The translations under genes and the position numbers were made by a program. Shown in pieces: positions 12,001 through 18,000 of a stretch of 23,874 nt of DNA. Below the pieces are notes generated by a model, which saw only the letters and a program-made list of their open reading frames with translations, ran no database searches and was not told where the DNA came from. Each line of letters opens with the position of its first letter. Positions within the stretch are counted from its first letter, which is position 1. The stretch is from Rhizaria sp. SCN 62-66 (taxonomy: Eukaryota), in NCBI GenBank assembly GCA_001724265.1, contig MEDY01000083.1, forward strand, positions 62,001 to 85,874, given 5' to 3'.

Positions 12001-12064
12001 GGGAGCCGGCGACCGCTGCCGCCGCAGTCAGACTGGCCAGCGCCATTGCGATCGCGCTTGGCAG
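2..12064 (-). CDS. In-frame continuation of the giant ORF (4021 codons, runs off the window edge; first ATG at 12046); low-complexity, acidic, charged-helix and TPR-like segments
   Basis: Same frame as 12065..20944. I translated 11821-12064, 6241-6960, 3061-3420, 2281-2580, 1141-1320 and 1-180 by hand and found no stops. The ORF track lists no complete minus-strand ORF in this frame below 12065, which is expected only if the frame stays open to the edge. Confidence 0.85.
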   Translation of the reverse strand, partial: MPSAIAMALASLTAAAAVAGSPGLGSPPRRLGVSPVFNLLQTPSALHSSLTNSAHNNNAIASTHVTFGAVQPLSQSPSQSRSQSRSQSRSQSRAGTSAGTFNAGGINTGLGAGSGFVSALSLSRSTPQTRASSRTGSRPLGAPQHQLRHHRGALLAQTGVAVVPALVAAPVSPLRCLHKALPAVLLLTHAPLSVRGLMRAARAPGLGAALLALAAATAADRAAVDAVTVLVTATPAPSALASASTSISGGYGLAPGPLSTVTRVRSLGPVLARTLSQSEDDTNASNDSSGNIISNTTGNSVNATNFDTVDALLAHFTAANNNSDNDGVNVSEHSLSTMFMSSEVNMIIASVHGTSSLRGNNNSINGRTSQNNDLSSLAVNETCLGDLLAMHTVAANYTTATSQQQPQNDVNPPFEFSRHHSLGSPVLAPLAPPQLPIVPIGASPAPGSPALTSTMSTSTASATATIAVKADSGTNAAAAVRASSPLEGEVCHRGVSLCEPWLMTSLSQSLLPSLSQTQLQSQAQLQSLSNAFEAEKRLGDLGTRYCFAPITHSNTSSQTVTRGVRVATERTAMSALLAVFPHFPDMSAAGENGGNSSARSSAGAPSLASASGFRNSMNMNATGTNLAVVASSPVKSTFVPLTDAAVTAALIHATSLTPPCAPRAPALALAAGRRRAPAPPCAPANPAAAAARIARFTANLGSNSVSTAIAGGSRTGASAVQRRVMSVPVEQLVSILPGLGASAGTGTGAGVSGGAQPPSMVAHPTLTEYNAVSATLTAVAPKSAYGNKFSDGSYSPVAGQDANSSSAPAILAVEFKYTVTELSPDQEHFFTPANNSAVANGGTGSALHIDCTWPSQPVSSVDVAVAAATKSTASTTTKSTTTADMVAPAVPASAPAVSASSAVHCSAGAAATLATATTARAALLERALTATVLPAVEAEGQRRWERAQRWLAARARAYNMPSSAVDSNNGAASGDVTPMLTANAAARAEAAAEAVAAAGAGGTIDIFAEFDEFDLNVSNNNGPINVNINSISEVSATDDSAAESSIDSSALQPLHMTAVLAEHDLTLMQARALIHILSQSPAVATAADGNGNSASAVSVGSWAGAAALTAAVGLYPLLTLAMPLPGDVWFVAAAASTSVVAGNALVPANKSLHNTPMLTAAPMPRPLIVVSTARAAPGPSGANAGTDGVGTGPNSSFCSEEADDQFFALTPISTPALSFSSNPNYYNNSTFQQQQLQLMQQQQMQMLSQQGQYTGSRPSSSLAMVRSLKKYHSASATESNGGRAAGANGGAGAFLNTPALGQMYNIHPASPLRLPTPTPPLGTSLSLPMSSHANAHNPADANSAMVLYNRKNSLDFAANAAGHPGAGAGGAPGVVHLASGLLGGIHGTFIPAPTISYSVTNSVCSNGSDSGSVAGSSSHQSSSTGAGGSGVGALFESVAANHGFSVKPASSSAGTGLTSMQVQQQAQLQMQQQQAVDSNAVVATRRNNSPIPLGHSPSPSPSSGLSSNGISRSSSGMGHHGGRSRAAVVIASFPSFAPGTTAAAAATTNIVTPITNTAASNGASFSATPSVVIAGVGATPIVSFASAATRAPLTGAFPPYAASNSNTSSNAVISSTPMLHPNPNAVNGAIGGNMSVVSGDMSHSSSSMSPSASPFYSALSAAMLHAPSPAPFSLASPLMHSSAPGQSAAGTAAAPATAEVWSAGTAPAHPLLQPPCPLLVQEYYVAGMEALMIAHGAPVLTAAPSRSVLANVRLLWNTDPLFCDSIANAVCAVDGDGANIGSDDTDRHARRHLALTVIKSSLSYNDYRAFSLWLTAIRDAASRTTTLRRAALSAARPTVRMLSRLTVAVLQQRDAIALDKRYRGRQQAAWARVLSSTAERAGVIGLAVARTLDAMPQIDWAALYKAAKARRNDGVVLAMPLVSSATPAAHNSPTLGFVGGFNNFDRAVSRAESRSSSRNNDMNNFTGANLNNNGDEQLGLPGVTSGMRPSPSMRSASPYGGSRTFSTTGSANGTTSPLMLAQRAASPPGLSYGSSAVGGGVLHMSPAARRAAVQSDLRGLGISASVRAQRLAAAFEPETVAVAVDMNAAGMFGQAGESDDYYPSMTNNNTNNNSVSNLHGYNEDEEDAVLWEAKNNDHNVNDGAGIAQPAARPSIDRGSVDNFEHTSVSGSQQFGARRLSRYHSGASAASSTPAHSRSMAPSPAPPSGSGSTSTTQLQYGASGVSFASISSTPLPDAQQQQRMMLLQQQQQNQELNEEEDEDEDADDAEADDKVQEEEDLLAEYESFFTSAALPDTMGEGDNDGDDEGNEQDGNEGEGGWQDNKHHDYYTDTETETETETDTETNTDTETDSDSDGAGYDKGYPHRRRHRRSARDSSVSGSSSATASASASASHLHIASNSGDNEQDRGTSRRGSNSKRTPRALNTSDNGDDGDDDDEDIKRKSTHARQRSAGKRSSINLNDLDSASAHRTTLSPNAAAAAAAVAAVANLGSARRSSLSMHHSSSSGHHRGSASPTSAAVASAAHGSLASVVANAMSSGRRGSVVALRPVGVNNDDFNGGDDDDDGGAGIAGDDGDGDGTQARLLAEFKPDLLPMPLELMDTDSDDDGLVTSTRSPANNATASTGDGITPSNAALRRRNSLSPPSPRSNNASAAANSPARPPLSPTALAERNQRRAERAVRRAAWQLEQEQDAERQRRQYLRSQRRQQRRVERHERRRAAESEAASLSHSGAGGRAGEEDEEAAMNLTLLYGVTLGLPGAHEQLANANLDTTVVSRVVLERKMMRVAIASLAAEEEAAAGSAAGTAAAVTAALAAVEIVNAAVASANNNAQSQQLQTQGQGHASSGSSKTSAVTAAAVAAAAAAASAPAMTTQEAAAAAARRQARSATRTVLKLRETVTVALRGGGPLRQSPPPLGGMALLTVFLGARNNAHAERALWQVPVIATVFAFKLLQNGFPHYAFEAAERGLKGKSGQSNFDLKLVRAGALVQSWNFGEAARALSELMTQLLEAVPTVETVKARVDAARDAGGRRNKHRRSGSGTYIGLNLAAAASANAGGFNSTMGGARSSMSNKTGTNLAAATPAPAQVSLVATPTYVAGSGGYDMYPPIPNGISRATVAQTQWPRSPFQVPFTSSTNVNSNANTNASAVATLTAAADSDAAPRPMLLSPILAPWTCDRSLAAVALASAVEVSLLLDFELALWHMQMSRVWALTADLVKQQAALLAEPLSRRLLAAMAARFYAYAAYLLSPVYSLPSPLPNIALASTDNTSTSANMNTSSDSANNGADAFVLPDVFPNSRSGLTSPRDGGSSLNTDPSGNSGISAAALSAAHSHRAVLAAWLARVKWQGVHTSTALGALPNYFTTSSLSTNAANVTNTTGSANTNFATNANNANNASTTASSSGTNAARMGEGGLTSIFSTITHGHKLAAAAAAAAAAAASAASASGSNFMMGTGSGSMGNSTSVSNSSAPTTGATAPTMTVVALSPGGSPGPGRHVRTLSTGVPRGSLTGNVTVAAHGHSAHGSQNLARLPSGLARTPSPSQLTRSLSGARLRAPAASSSSATAATAAVAATASADRGVMLSQSPLSEHSSVNAFFGADSLSRLLSNAAVTHLLAGEPGRAVQVAREAVARARSMSAALYCQTRALAPWSFSPSDASNLLSLNHFSAALQNNNAAGKGASGKSVERKGTGRKTSSNISNNSSGSGGAAGANGVDDLESARALALTLAIPQKQQQKQQQQPIVSSNMLLFPSPFSVAITSTLASAAASAPALRNAINSTADDSAASVAAPVALDSLSLRVTEHNKPSRFSTPSSLALSGVGAGQLTQLIAAATYSSSTNGAGSGSGVGVVAQALAQQLLAESEALVTLGVVASTAVLWGLVTEGVINSGNSNASSVASVEDNDKATALPLSRSGKRPIVPSTNASSASAGAAAGTSSSGASASLSSSVGGSEPRSVVSISPVTLGLYRMLLPLVTELSATATALPSDLHAWLLTLATLPVATGAPPPPAVAPAALQATASGAG
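1160..1270 (-). other. TPR-like motif within the giant ORF
   Basis: Manual translation: SLSRLLSNAAVTHLLAGEPGRAVQVAREAVARARS, resembling the LxNxAxxxxxxGxxxxAxxxxxxA TPR pattern. Confidence 0.45.
3050..3240 (-). other. TPR-like helical repeat pair within the giant ORF
   Basis: Manual translation: VIATVFAFKLLQNGFPHYAFEAAERGLKGKSGQSNFDLKLVRAGALVQSWNFGEAARALSEL. The small/hydrophobic residue spacing resembles TPR helix pairs. Judged by eye only. Confidence 0.45.
5000..5296 (-). repeat. Acidic low-complexity tract with hexamer-derived (TE/TD)n repeat
   Basis: Translation EEEDEDEDADDAEADDKVQEEEDLL...GEGDNDGDDEGNEQDGNEGEGG...YYTDTETETETETDTETNTDTETDSDSDG; gtctca/gtctcg hexamers at about 5046-5070. 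Confidence 0.75.
11786..11845 (-). repeat. Coding (SQSR)n repeat
   Basis: Translation SQSPSQSRSQSRSQSRSQSR, encoded by synonymously diverged 12-nt units. Confidence 0.75.
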
Positions 12065-15000
12065 CTACGACTGATGAAACTGGTGGGGCTGAATCTGTTG
12101 CTGCTGTTGTTGCTGTTGCTGCTGGAGCAGAATGCGAGCGGGCGGAGGGCTGGGGGACGCCGTCACTTGATGCGTGGTCGACGTGTTGCTGTTCTGCCTG
12201 GACTGCAACCTCCGCACCGGCGGCTGCAGCGACTGTGCCGCGGACGCCGACGCCGAGGCCGTCACCGATGACGACGTTGTCGCCGGCGCAGAACCCGATG
12301 ATCCAGATGCAGAGGTTGGCCCAGAGGTCGACAGCAGTGACCGTGCCTGCGACACCACAGGCTGTTTGCAGTACAGCGCAGCGCGCGGGTTATACCGGAA
12401 CACCGATGGCGCAAACAATGCGCTCGTTTGCGCCGTTGCACCGGTGCGGATGACCGCGCCCGCGTGGTACGGCAGCGCGGCGGCGAGCTGAGGCACCGCA
12501 GCAACGTGGTCAAAGGCGACCTCGAAGTTCAGCCGCGCCGCCGCGAGAGCCGCGGCGGACCACGCGGGCGCGGGGACCGGGGTGGCGGCGGCGACTGTGG
12601 GCAGCGAGGCCGGGTCCGGCTGGGGGAACGCGCGGGATGTGAGAGGACGGTTGTGGGGCATGAGCAAGGAGTCCAGGCGCGGGACACCGGTGTTGGGCGT
12701 GGTGGCAATGGTGTAGCCAAGCATATCATGGGCGCTGTAGTTGACGTCACTGTTGCAGCGGCTCTCGCTCCGGCTCGCGTGGACATTTGTCGCAGCATGA
12801 CTCGCCGCCTTGCTGTGCGCAGCGCTGTTGCGAGTGTTGGTGTTAGGCGCACTGCTGTCGTTGCCGCCTTCATACAGAGACGAGTAAAACGGCTTCACGT
12901 CAGTTGCGACAGCGTTGTACTGCCGCAGCACTGCGCGCACGCGGGCCCGGATCACTGCGCGCTGCCGCAGCAGCACCGCGACGCGCAGCATCTTGCGCGC
13001 GGCGGCGGCGGCGACGCGGCGGGCCAGGCCGGCGCTCAGCAGCTCGCGCTGTGCAGCGAACCAAGCACTTCCACCGCGCGCACCAGCGCCAGCGCTGATT
13101 GATGACGCAGGTACAGAGGTGGAGGCAGTGGCCGTCGTCTCGAACGCCTCCGCAGGAAGCGAGCGCAAGTGCGTCAGAACCGCTGTGTAGACAGCGGCAA
13201 GCGCCGTATGCATGCGGCGCGCGCGCAGCAGCAGCCACAGCGGGGGCGCGCTAATGTCGCTCACAGCATCCCGGCCGTTACTATTGATGGCGTTCAGCGG
13301 AGTCTTCGCGGTACTAAAGCTGGCCGAGGAGTCCGTGCTGTTGTTCAACGTGACCGTAAATGCGGGCTCGCTAGACTCGGAGTAAAGCAGCTCGGAGGCG
13401 AGCGCGAGCTCCGGCTCCGGCAGGCCGCGCAGCACGGCGAGCTCGGCCGCGACCGGCATGGCCGCGCTGCCGCTGGCGCCGTCGCCGCGCAGCTTCGAGG
13501 TGCGCGCGCGGTCGACCGCGTGGGCGCCGGAGACAAAGACGTTGCTGTTGGCTACGCTCTCGTCATACAAGAGGCCAAGCGCAGCCGCATTGGACTCAAC
13601 GCTGCCACTAGCGGTACCGGGAGCATGATCACTGTTCACGTTGCTGTGGCTCTTGTTCGTGAGGAGCGCGCCGAATGTGAAGCCCTTGGCGACGCACACC
13701 GGCGCGGCCCCGGCCTCGCGCTTCTCGCCCTCAGTCAGTACCAGCGCCGCCGCGCCCCAGTTGCCCTCGGCGTCGGCTTCCGAGCCCGCAGCCGGGTCGG
13801 CGGCGGCCTCCGCGGCAGTCTCCCAGCCCTGCACGCGACCGAAACCGCAGAACACGTCCGCGCTTGCAGCGGCCGCGGTGCAAAGAGGCGCGCCACGGGC
13901 CGCGGCGGCTGCGGCTGCAGCGGTGGTCGTGACGGCAGCGACGCTGGTGCTGGCACTGGCGCTGCTGGAGACGGCGGAGGGAGGCAGGCCAAGCGCGCAG
14001 AGCAGGGGCGCCATGAGCGCGGAGGTCGCAGACAGGGCGGCTGCGGACGGGGGCTGCAGCAGCGCAAGACTCGCACTCGGACTAGCGCTAGTTGCCGAGT
14101 TGCTGTGTGACTTAACGTTGCCACAAGAAGCTGAGTAAACAAGACCGTTTGTAGCACTCACGAGATTCGTGGTAGTCGTTGTACTGGTCGTGTTGTTCGC
14201 AACAGCATTATTGTTGGTGTTCTTGGTGAGATTGCTCGTAATGGCAGAGAGTGCAGTCGTCGTCGTTTGCACGCCGGTCCAGAGTTGCGCGAGCGGAATC
14301 ATAAGCACACTTTCACTGACACTAACATTAGTTGCCGTCGCAGCAGCGACGGAAGCAGCACTGTCGGTGAAAAAAGGAGTGGCACCAGCAGTACTAGTGT
14401 TGCTGTTTTTGTTCAAAGGTGAACTCAAACGATACGCCCAAACACCGTTTCCAACAACAACACCACATCCGCTGATGAGATCATCAGTCTCATCGTAAAC
14501 GTCGTCACCCGAAGTCGCGGCTTGACTTTGATTCGCGAAGTACGCAATCTCCCGCGCGACGAGCGCGTGCACCTGCTGCAGCAGCACGGTGAGCACGAGC
14601 GCGCGCCGCGACAGCTGCGCCAGCGCCAGCGCGCGCGCCACAGCCGCGACGGCAGCCGCGGGCAACCCTAGCCCGGCGACCGCGGCGCCCACGGCGCCCG
14701 CCGCGTGGGCGTGGGCCGAGCCGGGCGCGAAGAGAGAGAGCCAGCCGCAGCCCTCAGCGGACCGCATGAGGGACAGGTGCTGGCTGTGCGCGCGCGGGTT
14801 GTAGCCGGAAGAAGTCAGGCCGCCCGGCGCCGAGGCAAAGCCGTCTGGAGCGGTAGTGAAGCCGCATGTGACGCCTGAGGCAGTGAGGCCGCGAGGGAAA
14901 AAGACGGGCCACAAACTAGGCACGATGACCTTGTCGCTCGTGTTCACACTCATCACAGGGTTCACGGTGCTACCATTCGCGCTAGTGCTGTTAGACGCAA

Positions 15001-18000
15001 GGGGTAGCGCGCCGTACTTGACAAGAGGACTCATGTTGGCGCTGAGGTCAGCCGCAATGATATTGGCATTCGCTTCGAGCGTGACGACGTCCAGCGGAGA
15101 CACCCCCCGGGCGCTCGCACTGGCAGTCGCCCCAGCCACAGTATCACCGTCCGTGGCAATCGCCGTCGCTGTCCTGAGCACGGAGCTCTGCACGGCGGCG
15201 TTCTCGTCGGCCGCGTGCTGCGTGAAGTGCAGTGCGCGCGCGATCTCAGCAAAACACACAGGGTTAGTCGCGTATGCCCACTCTAGCGACGCGCCGGCAC
15301 TCGCGCCAACCTCGGCCAGCGCGCGCGCGGCCACCCAGTCAAGGGCGCAGCCCTCGGTACGAGCAGACGCAGCGCTGTTGGTAGCAGCAGCGGAATCCGA
15401 GGCGGAGTTGGACGCGGATGCAGAGGCTGAGCTTGTCGCGGCTGCGTTGGTGGCCGCCGCGGTCGCGAGCGCGGCGGGCGAGAGCAGGGCAAGCAGTGAC
15501 GGCAGCAGCGTGTGCGCAGCGGCGTCAGGGTAGTACGACAGCCGCGCGACAGCCTTACTATTCACACTGGCGTTCGCATTCGCATTTGCACCAGTGCTAT
15601 TATTGTTGTTAGCGTTAGCAGCATTTGAGGCAAGGAGCTTCATTGTGTTGTTAAGCACACTCTTGACATCACTCACATTTGCAGTGTTGATGTTGTTATT
15701 CGCCAAGTAGAACGCGATGCGGCCAAGTTCAGGCCCCAAAGGCGGCACACCCACGGGAATACCGACCTTGCCAGTGCTACAGTCACTCTGTTCCTTCTGC
15801 TCCTTCTGCTCACAATGGCTCGAACTCGCACTGGAGCTCGCGCTGCCGAACAAAGTCGGGTTCGCGGCCGCGGCGACCGACGCGGCCGCGGTGGCGATCA
15901 CGAGCGCGCGCGCCTCGGCCGCCACATCGCTGTAGAGAGCGAGCGCGGGAGGCGGCACGGCGCCGGGGCCAGCGTACAGCACGCCCCAGTGTTCTAGCGT
16001 CGCCAGCGCGCGGGACACCGAGCGCAGCTGCGTACGGCGGGCGCGGACGGCGGCGGCGGACTGTGGGTCACTGCTCTGCAGCAGAGCGGCCTCGGCCTTG
16101 CCCACAGCAATATTCGCCTGGGCGCTCACACTCGCACTTGCGTTGGAGCCCGCGCTACTCCGGCCGGCGTTCGAGCTCGAGCTGGGGTTGGAACCGGCGC
16201 TGACGGCCCCTGAGCGCAGCGACTGGCGCTGCTGCAACTGCTGCATCTGCAGTTGCTGGTAGTGGTGGTTGCGTGCCGCCCACGTGAGCACCTCACCGGG
16301 CGCGCTGGCCAGCAGGAGCTCGACGCGCCGGGCCGCCACGCGCCGCTTGAGCCCCTGCTCGGCGCTCGCGGCGCAGCGCAGCAGCGCATCGCTCTCGACG
16401 GCGGCGGCCAGCGCGGGCAGCTTGCCGACGGCCTGCGCGCGCATGCGGCCCTGCCAGTCGGCCGTGTACGCGCCGCGCATCGCCCGGGACACGGCGTCGG
16501 CGCCTGCAACCGCGGTGGCAGCCGGCGCGGGAGCGCTGGCATCGTAGGTCGTCGTTGCGGCGGCCACGGCGGCGGCAGCCGCGGCGGTCGCGGCGTCGGC
16601 ATCCCCGGCGTCGGCCGCGGCGGCGACAGCGGTCGTGACTGCTGCGTTGGCGGCGGTCACGGCTGCGCGCCACTCGGCGTCCGCGCGCGTCACCGCGGCC
16701 GCCGTGAGGTGCGACAGCGCGCAGGCCCAGGCGTAGTCGAGCGCGGCCGGCAGCGCGGCGCCCGCGGTGGCAGCGGCGACCGCGCGCGGGAGCGACGCCG
16801 CAAAGGCCGCCACGAGGTCCGCGGGGGCGGGGGGCGCGCGCTCGGCCAGCGCGGCGTGGAGAGCCGCGACAGGCTCCGACACGGCGGCCGCGGCGCTGAG
16901 ACCGGCGGCGTCGTCGCCGGCGTCGGCCGTGTCCACGGGGGTCGTGGCAATGGACACCGCGTCGTCGTCATTGTCGTCGTCTTCGTCGTCGTCGTCGTCG
17001 CTGCCGCTGCCGTCGCCCGCGACGTCGTTGTCGCTGTTGCTGTTGCTGTGCGGGGTGCTGATGTGCTCGACGTGCGGCGCGTTGTCTGGAGTGCTGACGT
17101 ACCCGGTGGCGGCGCCGGTGGCCGAGCCCGAGTGCGAGTGGCCACCAGAGACAGCGTAGTAGTCGTCGTCACTGTTGCTGTTGCTGTTGCTCGCGCCGCC
17201 CCGCGCCCTGCCCTGGTGGACTTTAGCTGCCCTGACCTTGGCCTTGACCTTAGCCTTGGCTTCGAGAGCGTCCGCCTTGGCCTTGGCGCGCACCTTGGCT
17301 TTGGCCTTGGCCATATCGCCCACGGTCACGGCACCGGCCGCGCGCACCGCAGTGACGACCCTGCCGACGTGCCCCGCGGCCAGCAGCGCGCTCGCGTGCG
17401 CCGCGAAGAAGGCTTCGTACAGCCCCGCCACGTAGCGCCGGCCGCGCGCCGCCGAGGCCAAAGCGGCGGCGGCGGCGGCGGCGCGGCGGCGCGCAAGGCG
17501 GGACTCGATCGCGCGCAGCTGGCGCTGAGCGGGCGCGGGGGCCGCGGGCAGCGCCGGCCACTGCAGGTGAGTCGGCCGCGCCGCCAGCGCGAGCGCGCTA
17601 GTCGCCGCGGGCGCAGAAATGCTTCCACTCGTCGCGCTGGCGGTATTGTAGTTCGCGTTGCCCATGACGGAGATACGCTGAGGCACAGCGCCGTTAGTCT
17701 TCGGCGACAGAGCGCCGGCCGCAGTCGCGGTCTCGGTCGGGCTGCTGCCGCCAGTGATGTTACTAGCGCTGCTGCTGTTGTTCGAGGGCTGCTCGGCCCA
17801 CTGCACAGTGAGCTGCGCCAGCGTCAGCCGCAGCTTGTGCAGGGCGGCGGCGACGACGACGTCGGCAGGCGCGGTCTCGCAGTTGACGGTCACAGCTGCG
17901 CCGCCACTGGCGCTCTTGCCCGCTTTCTGAGATTGCAGGTGCTGTTGCTGCTGGGTGAGCAAAGAGGGCAGCGGGGGAAAGAAGGACTCGGGGACGCCAA

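Noticed and set aside
12065-12067. Selenocysteine or pyrrolysine codon
   Set aside because: Sec uses UGA, not UAG. Pyl is not known in eukaryotes, and the site lies in a disordered Gln/Ser-rich linker rather than a catalytic motif.
12040-12170. Intron removing the in-frame TAG
   Set aside because: Nearby GT-AG pairs give 7, 12 or 16 nt, which are too short or out of frame. A longer intron ending at the TAG would need to skip many CAGs in the poly-Gln tract and lacks the GTACG donor and AT-rich body. Unlikely, though only RNA data can exclude it.
12915-13000. IQ calmodulin-binding motif in AVLLRQRAVIRARVRAVLRQY
   Set aside because: It lacks the Gln and Gly of IQxxxRGxxxR and the spacing does not fit.
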